In this document: piece after piece, positions 16,197 to 29,200 of the stretch
Layout of the letters: each line of letters opens with the position of its first letter
Numbering within the stretch: the first letter of the stretch is position 1
NCBI GenBank assembly: GCA_964016885.1
Contig: OZ024746.1
Location: 14,012,001-14,076,000, forward strand
Direction of reading: 5' to 3'
Origin: Eledone cirrhosa
Taxonomy: Eukaryota
DNA length: 64,000 nucleotides
Notes under the pieces: model-generated
Told to the model about the DNA's origin: nothing
Seen by the model: the letters and a program-made list of their open reading frames with translations, nothing else
The model's database searches: none
Program-made: the position numbers and the translations under genes

Positions 16197-16412
16197 GATA
16201 AATCTACCAAGAGTTTACGGTAGTGTCCAATCCGTATGAAGGACTCAATGTATTCCGGATATCATGGAAAGAAGAGATGTAATGAAAAATCACTTTCGGT
16301 GAAAGATAAACGGTATACAGAGTCAAGATAAAACCTTTTGTATTTTCATTGGTCAATTTTGTTCCCAAACGGACCTGAAATTTTGAATTGTTGTTATTAT
16401 CAATAAATATAT

Positions 16413-16567
16413 TTCATTATTTCTGAAGACGGCGTATATGTGTGTTTGGTATGTATATTTAATCTTGATAGTTTGTATAATTTTGTATAATTTTGTACAT
16501 AGATCTGTTGAATATGCATGCCAATTCTAACACATATATATCCTAGAAACGATCGTTAAATAATGAA
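16413..16567 (+). ncRNA. type I hammerhead ribozyme with ~115-nt stem II, in an island between (TA)n tracts
   Basis: Perfect 10-bp stem I TTCATTATTT/AAATAATGAA; CTGAAGA 16423-16429; GAAAC-GATC-GTT 16546-16557; stem II TATATGTGTGTT/AACACATATATA and TGGTATGTATATT/AATATGCATGCCA; base of stem II imperfect. Confidence 0.75.
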
Positions 16568-16621
16568 CTTTTTTTGTTTAATATAAGGAACTGTTTCATT
16601 GTTTTATTCATTATTTGTTTA

Positions 16622-16660
<39 letters not shown>

Positions 16661-17180
16661 AGAGAGACTGTAAATGTTTTCATGGGTATTTGAATCACAG
16701 CAAGCAAATAAGGGCGAAATCTCCTACAACCTGATTTATTCTAAATCTTCTGAAACAATTCAATTCAAGACTTTGCAGTGAGAGCGGACTTTGTATATGT
16801 ACCAGCTTGACGATAGCAAAACATGTTTCTAGCTTAGATTTTGTAAGTGAAGAATATTCACTTAGCAAAGTAACTAAACAACAAGAATATGTTCAAATAT
16901 ATATTTGAAAGGGGAAGGAATTATGTGCAGATTATGTCAACAAAGTGTAGAGGCAAAATTCCTAGGGGTATGTATTTTGCATAAAATATATACATATAAA
17001 TACGTCTCGGATTCTGAATATGTTGAGTAGGAATAATTCAAGCAAATGAGACTAACCTAGCAATTTCAAGGCTAAAACTCCCTTCATATGCGTTCAAATA
17101 GTGAAACGCTTGCAAGGGTGAGACCTCCTATCGTATGAGCTCGTTCAAATCTTCTAAGACATTGCTGTGGGTGTGAAGCA

Positions 17181-17232
<52 letters not shown>

Positions 17233-17260
17233 ATACCACCCCCAGTAATTCATTCAATCA

Positions 17261-17351
<91 letters not shown>

Positions 17352-17365
17352 ATATATATATACAC

Positions 17366-17435
<70 letters not shown>

Positions 17436-17440
<5 letters not shown>

Positions 17441-17625
17441 TTTCTACTTTTGGCACAAACCCAACCCACCAATTATCCCAGTACATTACTGGTACTTTAT
17501 TTTATCGATCTCGTAAGGATGAAAGGCTAAGTTAACCTCGGCGGTATTTGAACTCAGATCATAAAGGGCAGTAACTCTCTGTTGCGAAGCATAGCGTCCG
17601 ACCCTCTACCGATACTGCCAATCCA
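17436..17625 (-). mobile_element. tRNA-derived SINE
   Basis: Reverse complement of the 55943-56131 family. Confidence 0.85.
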
Positions 17626-17883
17626 ATGAGAGGAGGAGAAAGAGAGATACAGAGAGGTGCGATACAGATTACTAAGTGCCAATAGCAGAAGCGAAGTGTG
17701 CTCAATGCTTGGGTTAGCAGAGTTAAATATTAGAGAGGATTTGATATTTTGTAGATTGTCCAAGCAGAGCAAGTATAGACGAATGAATGAATGAGTTACA
17801 AGCCGTTAAAACAAGTTCTTTATATAAATCTTTGTAACTCCTTCATTTATTCATTTGTTTATATATATATATATATATATATA

Positions 17884-17945
17884 TGATGATGATGATTTCT
17901 AAAGAATGAAACAGTTCTAGTTCTGTAGAATCTCATCTATATTAA

Positions 17946-17987
<42 letters not shown>

Positions 17988-18036
17988 ATTTCTAAAGAAT
18001 GAAACAGTTCTAGTTCTGTAGAATCTCATATTAAAA

Positions 18037-18040
<4 letters not shown>
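17884..18040 (+). mobile_element. two truncated copies of a hammerhead-bearing terminus (family F) separated by (TA)n
   Basis: TGATGATTTCTAAAGAATGAAACAGTTCTAGTTCTGTAGAATCTCA twice; same family as 31877-32073. Confidence 0.7.
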
Positions 18041-18094
<54 letters not shown>

Positions 18095-18155
18095 CCCAAG
18101 GCTATGATACCATCAACACTATACACACAGAGCTGGCATATCTAAGAACTGACTA

Positions 18156-18211
18156 ACTGCCTGATGAGGTCGTAGCCATTCAATGGCTATCATCGAAATA
18201 TATATAGCAGT
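18156..18211 (+). ncRNA. minimal type I hammerhead ribozyme (family E; element 18088-18258 between (TA)n tracts)
   Basis: ACTGC-CTGATGA-GGTCGTAGCCAT tca ATGGCTATCATC-GAAA-T ATAT A-TA-GCAGT; second copy at 31517-31572 (-). Confidence 0.85.
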
Positions 18212-18399
18212 AAATAAAGGATTATGAGTTCATGCAATTGATTTATGTTTCGTCACTATATATATATATATATATATAGTAATAATAATAAATTTGAAGA
18301 TTAAAATCCAAAGAGGGCTCGATAAGGATAAATATATATCAGATATATAAGAACCGTAGAGCAAATATTTAATTTGTTATTTTAATAAATATATATATA

Positions 18400-18571
18400 T
18401 ACTTGTTCCTGTATTTATATATATATATAAATACAGGAACAAGTACGACCCCGACGGCTGACCTCAAGCCGTTTCGACGGCTAATTCTGGACTATTACCC
18501 ACTCGACTACCCTAAGTATTGAGTACTTTGGTGCGTTATGGTCCATCTGGTTCCTTACCACATTTCCTTCG

Positions 18572-18572
<1 letters not shown>
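18400..18572. mobile_element. family D terminus with inverted segments
   Basis: Homologous to 6880-7020; includes IR TACTTGTTCCTGTATTTA/TAAATACAGGAACAAGTA. Confidence 0.55.
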
Positions 18573-18653
<81 letters not shown>

Positions 18654-18659
<6 letters not shown>

Positions 18660-18890
18660 TCGGGCATAAGCCCTTCATCAAGAGAACAGTGGGTAGGAAG
18701 AGAGTTCTGATTGTGGGAGAGTTTGGGGAAAAAGTTTAGAGCTTGGCCACGGCGGATTAAATCGGGGTTGAGCCGGTGGTCAAGGTGGTACTCCAAGTTG
18801 TGTGGAAGCCGTGGAAGCGTGTATAGTATAGTTGAATAAATGAACACAGAGCTAGTACAAATGGTATGGTCTTTAGTTTCACATAATTAT
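18654..18890 (-). mobile_element. Penelope-like 3' end: probable GIY-YIG C-terminus plus truncated hammerhead
   Basis: Minus-strand peptide NLEYHLDHRLNPDLIR resembles the E..I...P.LN end of GIY-YIG; followed by TTGATGA-A-GGGC ttat GCCC-GAAAC running into (TA)n. Confidence 0.5.
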
Positions 18891-19927
18891 ATATTTATAT
18901 TTACCATTGGAAATAAAAAAAAGGAAACAAAATACACAAAGAAATATTTAGAAACACACTAAATGAAACAAAGAGTCAGATAGACTGAAGGAATTAGATT
19001 TAAATAGTAGCAAACAGAATTGTCTCTTTTGTAATTCAAGCTACATCGCTACCCTTGCTATGTAATATTTATTTTTACATGATGTATAGGAAAAGTTTTT
19101 GAAATGTATATAATTGAGAGCGTGTTTTCAATGAAAATTAACTATTTTGCCAATATTTTCAAAGCTTATTTGAAACACTCACGCTCACACACACCTAACA
19201 TATGCGTGTGTGTGTCTATAATTTCTAGTGTAATCGAGAAATGTAAACGAATGTTTTGATGTTCGTACTTGGTTAAGGAAAAGAAATAGTTGTTATTGAC
19301 TGAGTGTGACAAGGTTCGATCTCATTTACAAGCTACAGGTCACATTATTTTATCAATGCGTATCTATATATCTCGTATATAAATGGACATCTATAAAAAT
19401 GAATTGAAAGCATCAATGAAAATACATTATATGGAAAAAATATATTTGAGAATATGAATTCAACATTAACACATAGATATTTCCAGTTGATTAGATATTT
19501 ATCTAGAAATCGAATCTTTTGATATATATGTCCTATTCAGTGGGTTACAGTAAGGTCAGAGAATGATAACCAAACACAACATGCCAGCTGGTTTTAAAAT
19601 ATCTTATCCTGTCAGCTATTTCATATATACATACACACAGATCCATATATACACACAAATATACATCCACACACAGACGTAAACACTTGGTAGATGATAA
19701 TATACCAGTATACGAATGACTTTACTCCAGAAATAGTTTGCATACGTTTACTCCATTCTCAGTTACTAGTGATCCTGGTATTTATTAGTAAGTTATGTTT
19801 TCACAGCTTGACTAATATGTATATTAAGCATATTGTATATGATTTCCACACATACATACACACATACATACACACATACACACATACACACACACTCGAT
19901 TACGAGAGACGGCTGTAGTTTGTTTAC

Positions 19928-19970
<43 letters not shown>

Positions 19971-19988
19971 TATATATATATTGTATAT

Positions 19989-20046
<58 letters not shown>

Positions 20047-20339
20047 ATACTTTGGGAGGGTCATGTTGCCAAATTCAGAAACGAAATATATATATATATA
20101 TATATATATACTTTCATATATGTATATATATATATATATGAAAGTAAACAATATATATATATATATTTAGAAAGAAAGAGAGAGAGTCAGTGAGAGAAAG
20201 AGAGAGAGAGAGAGGGAGAGAGGGAGAGTGAGATAGAGAAAGATATGTAAAATACCGACCGCGGCACAAAGCGGTTTCAGCTTTGCATCAAGTACTCCAA
20301 TGAGTAGAGGTCTTCTCGGTCTCAGCACCACAGACTCAC

Positions 20340-20371
<32 letters not shown>

Positions 20372-20375
<4 letters not shown>

Positions 20376-20825
20376 TGAAGTTAATATGTCCAAGGATACT
20401 AGAAATACATAGATTCAAGGTTGTTCAATGGTATTAATTTGATACACCAGAACTTTAATATTAAGACAAGCAGAACAAGTAAAATTCAATCAATTCTTTA
20501 AAATACATTAAAAAATATAATATAAATATTTACCTCTCCTAGTGGCCCTTACTGATCAGTTTCGCTTTGTAAAACCTCATAAATCCGATGGTTTTCTTTT
20601 GGAAAACCAAAGCTCATCAGTAAAGCATTTTCCTTTCCTAGGGCTAAACGTCCCAGGAACGACAAAATATATGACCTCCTGCCAGCAAATAGAGGTCTGA
20701 AAGGTCGTTATGAGGTTTTACAAAGCGAAACTGATCAGTAAGGGCCACTAGGAGAGGTAAATATTTATATTATATTTTTTAATGTATTTTAAAGAATTGA
20801 TTGAATTTTACTTGTTCTGCTTATC

Positions 20826-20831
<6 letters not shown>
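20372..20831 (-). mobile_element. Penelope-like terminus with 124-bp inverted repeat
   Basis: 20459-20582 is inverted at 20708-20831; (TA)n on both sides. Confidence 0.75.
20545..20626 (-). ncRNA. hammerhead ribozyme motif
   Basis: Minus strand CTGATGA-GCTTTG...CAAAGC-GAA-ACTGATCAGT-A (palindromic stem III, GUA); stem I GCTTT/AGGGC out of register by 1 nt. Confidence 0.65.
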
Positions 20832-20922
<91 letters not shown>

Positions 20923-21173
20923 TTATATATATATATATGAATATCTATTTTACACACATACACGCAGACGCACTCATACACATACACACTTATACACATA
21001 TGCATACATATGTGTGTGTATATGAGTGTATGCATTATACACACATATAAGGTGCTGTTTGTTTTTATATAAAGCGAAACTTGTATAAAGATAAAGAGTA
21101 TATATGATTGTCATTTGGTTCTCTTGATTATGTTGCCAGTGTGATTACTATATCTTTCCATAAAAATTGTCTC

Positions 21174-21313
21174 CAGACCTGCCAACTTCTAAAAACCTAC
21201 TATGAAAAAAAGGTGCCCCAAAACGGGGAGAAATGAGCCAAAATAGGGAGTTTTTACATAATGTAAGCTACACCTATTTTCACAAGAAAAGACGTGCAGA
21301 GTTGGCAGGTCTG
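21174..21313. mobile_element. 140-bp MITE with hAT-like TIRs
   Basis: Perfect 14-bp TIR CAGACCTGCCAACT/AGTTGGCAGGTCTG; no clean 8-bp TSD. Confidence 0.65.
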
Positions 21314-21600
21314 CGTTTCCTACATTAAATTATGTATTCTAGAAAGTATCTCCATTGCTACTCATTTTAATACCAACATCAGATCGACGCTTGATCCACC
21401 TGAATGTTTTCGTTTAGTTTGAATTCGATTACAAGTCCATTGAACATTGTCGTGTCGAAATACCTGGAGACCAATAAGAAACATATTTTTAAACATATTT
21501 TTAACGCTCTGCGAAACTCACCATGATTGCCTATCGAGCTCATTCTGATGTGTTATACGCAAAACATAAACAGCATGAAAGCATGCTCTTTCTTTACCGC

Positions 21601-21692
<92 letters not shown>

Positions 21693-21694
21693 TC

Positions 21695-21740
<46 letters not shown>

Positions 21741-21843
21741 TCATATACATATATATATATATATATATATACATATATATATGTATATTCATATATATAT
21801 ATATATGTGAGTGTATATATATGTATATGTATATATATGTATA

Positions 21844-21892
<49 letters not shown>

Positions 21893-21912
21893 ATATATAT
21901 ATATATATATAG

Positions 21913-21961
<49 letters not shown>

Positions 21962-23265
21962 AGTGTACATATATGTATATTCATTTTCATTGTATAAAAC
22001 GCACACAAATATGTAAATATGTATAACTTAGACACACACACATCACAAAACAGACATAAGGCGTATACACAAACACAGTCACACGCATATATGTATATTT
22101 GTTTGTCGGGGAATTCACACAAGTATGTACGCATATGGGCGCATATGTTTCCAGATGTTGCGATATATTAAGCAAATAGTTTTCCGGTTTGAAGTGCGTT
22201 GATGCCAGTTTGTTACTCAAGCGACACATAATACTATAGAATATTCTATTTGTTCTGTTGGTGCTGGTTAAAAAAAGAAACAAAAGACAAGAAAGCATCT
22301 CTTTTGTCAATATCAAGATTCAATTTTGTTATTTGTTTGTACCACTTTCTTATTCTTATTCATGTGTTCCCTCTCTGTTTGTCTTCAACAATGTCACTGT
22401 AATATAAGGCTTTGTACAGTGTAACACTCTACGCTATTGGAACTGTGTTGATTTTACTGTATCTGAAGCCAAATATTCTAACATCTCCAATTATATCAGC
22501 GAAAATTTCTCTTGCTGCAGTTTCTCTTTGTATTTTGTCTTCTTCAATTAAAGTTCCTCTGTGGCGTTGACATTATGTTCAATTGCATTTACGTTTTGTT
22601 TGTGAAGTGAACAGAATTACATAACATGTTACTGAATATCAAAATGCAAACGGTAACCATAGTCTAACTTGATTGCTCTTGGTATTTATATTTTTCAGAA
22701 TATTTAACATATTTTACTAATTTAAACAAAATGAAATATAATCGGTTGAGTTGATACGTTCTTACATCTCGTTTGCCGAACAATGTTTACATTGGAAGTT
22801 AACACAGCAAACTATCTTGTAACGACTGTAACGACTGACTATAGCGTAGTCATCATTACATCAGACATTGGCATTCAACTTAATCTTTACTGTACTTAAT
22901 AATACGAAAATGTAGCAAATGAGGGTATAGACTTCTACTAAAGCTAGAGGCTTGCTTACCAAACTAGAAAATACTGAATGTATAGAGGTAAGGAAAGATT
23001 GATCTATAGCAACAACAAAACCACCCCACCACCATAGGATGATCACCCCCACCACCCCCACCACTCAACAACAACAAGCATCCACCCCACCACCTCCACC
23101 TCCATCAGCCCCATAAGCACCACCAACATCAGCAGAAACACCACCCTTCACCAGCACCAACACCAGCACCACCAGCACCCCCACCACCACAACCAGCAAC
23201 ATCATTACAACTAGCGCCAACAACACCACCAGCCAGTGGCGAACTGGCCAGGTTGCCAGGTTGTC

Positions 23266-23346
23266 CAATGCTACTGTGGGCCCGTGCAATGCCACGGTTG
23301 GCCCCTGGCGCCCATCGTGGCATTGCAGGGGCCCACAGTAGCATTG
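23266..23346. repeat. GC-rich ~40-bp-arm hairpin
   Basis: CAATGCTACTGTGGGCCC.TGCAATGCCACG / CGTGGCATTGCA.GGGCCCACAGTAGCATTG. Confidence 0.8.
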
Positions 23347-23524
23347 CAGGGACCGCTGTAGTTTTTTAGGGGCCAATGCTTAGCTTTCAAAAATAACTGA
23401 AGTCTAAGAGAAAGGATGAATATTTTTAAAAAATAAATAAAACAATTAAGCAAAGTATTTGGTCGACCAATTCCCCGGGAATTACTAGAAACCAAAATAT
23501 ATGATAGCGCAAATAGTTGGAATC

Positions 23525-23823
23525 AGTAGGTTTATAAGTATGAATTTTCAGAGGATTTTCGTAGTTGTCTCAGTGAACTAGCGGTAGGTACTAGAGGCGG
23601 TGGAGATCCTGTCCTTGGGTTCAATCCTGCTTGAGAGATACATGCAATCTTTTTCAGTTTTTATTTTACATCCCATAGAAAAAAACTGAAAAGGTTTACC
23701 GGGAACCCTACTCCCGAACGGAATCGAACTTCAGACCAGGATCACCACCGTCTATGATTCCTCCAACTAGGCCGCCGAGACAGCTACAGAAGTATAATGA
23801 AAATTAATAACTATAAACCTACT
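23525..23823. mobile_element. foldback element with tRNA-like A/B boxes in both inverted arms
   Basis: Ends AGTAGGTTTATA/TATAAACCTACT; B-box GGTTCAATCC (+, 23618-23627) and GTTCGATTCC (-, 23720-23729). Confidence 0.6.
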
Positions 23824-23938
23824 TTCAAAATCAAAGTTTAAAAGATGTGGTGTCGTTCATGGCTTTTCTAGAGGTATTAGTCATATTTAGGGTCGACTTG
23901 TCAATCTTCTGGCTCTTTGGTAACAACCTCATTATTCC

Positions 23939-23988
23939 TATGTGTGTTTAACTGTTGAGTTAATTTAATTTGATTATTTTAACAAACA

Positions 23989-24034
<46 letters not shown>

Positions 24035-24077
24035 TAAAATAACAGATTAAAGTTTTAGTCTTCAATTTTATTATTAT

Positions 24078-24125
<48 letters not shown>

Positions 24126-24137
24126 ATTACTATATAC

Positions 24138-24168
<31 letters not shown>

Positions 24169-24218
24169 TGTTTGTTAAAATAATCAGATTAAATTAACTC
24201 AACAGTTAAACATACATA
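23939..24218. repeat. ~55-bp inverted repeat enclosing (TA)n tracts
   Basis: TGTTTAACTGTTGAGTTAATTTAAT...AACAAACAAATAAT and its reverse complement at 24162-24218. Confidence 0.8.
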
Positions 24219-24228
24219 TATATATATT

Positions 24229-24632
24229 ACCAGCACTAGCACCACCACCACCACCAACACTACCACCATCACCACTGTCAACACCGCCACCACCACCACC
24301 ACCACCACCACCACCACCACCACCACCACCACCATCACCATCATCACTACCACTAGCACAACCAACACTACCACTAACAACACTCTCAACACCACCACTA
24401 CCACCACCACTACCACCACCACCACCACCACCACCACCACCACCACCACTACTACCACCAGCAACACTAACAACACTGACAACATCAACATATTTCCAAT
24501 ATTCCTCATATTGTTCCAGATGTAAATCTCACGACAGGATATTCATAAATTTCTCTTTAATTTGAACTAACCATATCTATCCGACATATCTAGCTGCTGC
24601 TCGTGCTACTGCTGCTACTGCTACTACTGCTG

Positions 24633-24723
<91 letters not shown>

Positions 24724-24736
24724 CACCACCACTACT
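24229..24736. repeat. (CAC)n and (TAC)n trinucleotide microsatellites
   Basis: Direct reading; source of the poly-V ORF. Confidence 0.95.
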
Positions 24737-25263
24737 ATTAGACTTAATTACTATATTTATAGGTTGAAGTTTTAATATCTTGTCTCTAAAATTAGAATTT
24801 CGGGATAATATTTATAATTCATTTTAATTTGCTTCTGATGAAACATAAAGCGAAGAATGTATATTATATGAATTCATTATTTCATTTATTTTGTCTCATT
24901 TTCAATTTGTAAGACAGGAACTTCATAATGAAATATAATGTCACAAATATAGAAAAATCTATAAAAATATATAAGATAGTATTATAGAAAAATGAACGTC
25001 TCGCTACTCTACGAGGTTTCATTGAATGAACGAAATTAAGAATTCATTTTCTAAATACTGAGCTCTTTTATAATATCATCATAATTGCGATCACCTTTCA
25101 CTTCTACCTTATTTCTTTCTTATTTTTAAATAACCACAAGGAAAACAATAACGGGTTTTACCATGAAGACAACATAGGCAGCCACTGGAAATGGTTAATG
25201 GAATAATATTATAATACAACAGACAGTCTTTAAACAAAGGTAGATAAAAAAAATGCCAATTAT

Positions 25264-25327
<64 letters not shown>

Positions 25328-25464
25328 GTGTGTATATATCATTTATGTATATATAAGCATGTATATATATATATATACATATATGCATATGTGTATATAT
25401 ATACATGTATATATATAAATATAAATATATAAATATATATATGTATGTATATATATATGTATGT

Positions 25465-25505
<41 letters not shown>

Positions 25506-25653
25506 TATATGTATATACATACATATATATATCAATATCAATACATATACATACATATATATATAAATATATACATACATATATATATAAATATAAATAT
25601 ATAAATATATATATGTATGTATATATATATATGTATGTGTGTGTGTGTGTATG

Positions 25654-25760
<107 letters not shown>

Positions 25761-26120
25761 TCTGAAAGTTTAGGAACAAACCGTATCAATCAATATTTCG
25801 TGAACAATCTTTATACACTTGAGAAGTAGTTTATGAATCTCATTAAGGATAGTAGTTTCATTTTTCCTTCTTGTATGTGTAAATATATTCGCATAATTAT
25901 TGGTTTTATTGTAAATACAATGTTTTAATTCTTTCACAGTACACATTTATTTCGTATATTTGCATATAGCTTTTGCATAATACAACGTCAGCCCATAATC
26001 TCATAATCAATTAATATAATAAAAACTATTAGATATTCTACACACACACATACACACAGAGACAAACAGACACATACACACACCTATATATGTATATATG
26101 TATATATGTAAGCATGTGTG

Positions 26121-26206
<86 letters not shown>

Positions 26207-26208
26207 GC

Positions 26209-26261
<53 letters not shown>

Positions 26262-26352
26262 TAAAACGAAGGAGTTATGGTAAGATGGACCATAACACAC
26301 CAGAGTACTCAATACTCGAAACGGCTTGAGCTCTGTCGTCGGGGTCATACTT

Positions 26353-26402
<50 letters not shown>

Positions 26403-27365
26403 ATATATATATATGCATACGTACATACACACAAATACACACACGCATGCATGCAAACACTGACCCCGTTCACACACACATATATGAATATGTATGCGTC
26501 AATGTGTTTGTCGTATGTATATAGATATGTGCACGCATATACCCATTTGTGTATATATATGTATATACAATATATATATGTAATATATATATATTATATA
26601 TAATATGTAAATTCATATATATATATATATATATATATGTATACATATATATACCTAGTCACACAAAGTACAGACAAATATTTATGAGATAACAATATTA
26701 AAGAAGACTCATGATGTCGGGGAAATTCAATATATTCGTTAGAAGGCGCCTCTGAAATATATGGAAATACAGGCAAACATAATTTCCGAGTGATAATATC
26801 AGAGTCTGTATATAAAGACGTATGTCAACTAATTAGATTTTGTCTAAAAACATTGGGTATCGGCTATAGAAACCGTTTTTGCTCAGCGTTATTTACTCTT
26901 TAATATCACTTCGTTAAAATCCTTGGAAACAAAATAAAATAGAATTATAAAAAGTTCTGAAGAAAATTTTGAATTACTTCTTTTCAACCTTCTTGGCTCA
27001 GCTACTACTGATAAGGCAAATATAGTTCGGTTTCTGTCAGTAGCACATTGGGTCTATAACTTAGTTGGTCATCCTTCACCTAGTAGGTGGACTCACTATT
27101 CATTAATACGTGCCATATCTGCTAAATAAAACCAACTAAAAATGCAACACTAGTATCACAAACATATATCATGTCTACCAAAGTAGGGGCCTGTGCTGGT
27201 CACTGCTTCTGGCAGCCATGCCACACACACACCCACCCACACACACACATGTATATATATATACGTCGGGGTCCTCAACATTTTCCTATTACCCACTCTA
27301 CTACCTAAAGTATCGAGTACTCTGATGCGTTATGGTCCACCTGGCTCCTGACCACACTCCCTTTG

Positions 27366-27437
<72 letters not shown>

Positions 27438-27503
27438 GTATATATATATACATGTATGTGTGTGTATATATATATTCATTTATAATAAAGCTAAAACGTG
27501 AGT

Positions 27504-27551
27504 CTTGTTACTCTGGAGTTTCGCCTGTTTACCATAGAGTCATCAGACAAG
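27504..27551 (-). ncRNA. type I hammerhead ribozyme with eroded stem II
   Basis: Minus strand CTTGT-CTGATGA-ctctatggtaaacaggc-GAA-ACTC ca GAGT-A-ACAAG; stem I 5 bp, GUA triplet. Confidence 0.7.
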
Positions 27552-28469
27552 TACTTCTTGTCTGCTAACCCTCTTTACAACCCTCTCTATGGGAAGTTTT
27601 ACACAAAGGGACATTTCTATTATAAATTTCACAACCCTCTCACCCAGCTAGTCGTTAACACATTGAACTTTTCAGCTGCATCATGGCAGGTTTGGACATC
27701 ATCCTGTAGTACAAGCATATTCTATAGCAATCCATCCACCATCATTTGCGCAGTCAGCAAACACCGTTGCACAGTTTGTAGATACTTGGTGAACTATGTA
27801 CTGCAGAAGAATACATGCATATCAACATGTTCAGTAAGAATTGTTTCAAGATGCTCTGGTTTCTCAATGTATCGTACAAGCTGCTTTTAACATCTGTTTG
27901 AATCTGACAGCAATTAGTATGGCATTAAGAGTGGTAATAATTATTTTCACATTTGCAAGAGAATCTACCTAATTAGGTTGTTTGATGAGCACAAACCTTC
28001 AAGAATAACATGCTGTTTCAAAGGCCTTTAACAATATAAATCATGGAGACACTTCCCCACAATGTTGATGTCAATGCAGCGCTATGGCTTTAGAGCTTGG
28101 TGAAATCATTAGTATTTCGGAATGCAATTTCTTTGCCATTAAAAATATTTGAGTTAAAGGAACGAACGTAAAGGTGGCGTCAAAACTACTGTCTACACAG
28201 GCGTTTGTTTGGGTAATATCCGAATAATATCTCTTCGACCACAATTGCTAATCATAAATCATAGAGGCCCATGTATTGAACAGGGTTTGTCAACATGAGG
28301 CAGATAATACCATGAAAGATGGGATGAAGATTCTTGAGAAGTATACCTTGAATGATGACCACAAATACACACACAGGGGTACAACATTATTATAATCAAT
28401 CAGCAGATAAAAAGTTGTATTTTTATCAGCAGAAAGTCAGACATATTTATATCGTCAGAAAAACTCAAA

Positions 28470-28775
28470 ATGCGAGTAATGTATTAGATAACCAAAGAGC
28501 CTGTCTTGGACTAACAACCGGTACATTAGCTCTAAATTGGAAGGATATGATTTTGCAAGCCAGGAACAAGAAATACCAACGAAATGCCCGATGCACAAAA
28601 GGGATAGATATGCAGGTAAAATATTTAAATGCGGCAACAGATACTCTATGGAATAAATATTGAGGATGACAACCTCATCATAAGCAGCCGTCCAGAGATG
28701 TCATGACGATTTTATTTACATATGAAGCATAATCTAGTATCCAAAACACTATACAATGTAATTCATAGAAATATA
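28470..28775 (+). mobile_element. degraded R4/Dong-like (RLE) non-LTR retrotransposon fragment
   Basis: Translates to SKLEGYDFASQEQEIPTK...NIEDDNLIISSRPEMS*RFYLHMKHNLVSKTLYN, matching the EG..A.Q(D/E)Q and HIISxC...RHN pattern. Confidence 0.65.
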
Positions 28776-28797
28776 CATACATACAATCCATTAATGG

Positions 28798-29145
28798 ATT
28801 GTATGTATGTACGTATGTATGTATGTATGTATGTATGTATGTATGTATGTATGTATGTATGTATGTATGTATGTATGTATGTATGTATGTATGTATGTAC
28901 GTACGTACGTACGTATGTGCGTATGTATGTATGTATGTATGTATGTATGTATGTATGTATGTATGTATGTATGTATGTCTGTATGTATGTCTGTATGTAT
29001 GTCTGTATGTATGTATGTACGTATGTCTGTATGTATATATTTCTGTCTGTCTATTTCTGTCTGTCTATGTATGTATGTACATATGTACGTATGTACGTAT
29101 GTACGCACGTATGAACGTATGTATGTATGTATGTATGTATGTATG

Positions 29146-29179
<34 letters not shown>

Positions 29180-29200
29180 TGTATGTATGTATGTATGTAT
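28798..29200. repeat. (TATG)n microsatellite
   Basis: Direct reading. Confidence 0.95.

Noticed and set aside
24828-24950. CTGATGA...GAAATATAATGTC hammerhead candidate
   Set aside because: Stems I and II cannot be placed in register
28010-28050. SKAFNNINH, RT-like motif
   Set aside because: Isolated; neighbouring RT motifs not recoverable
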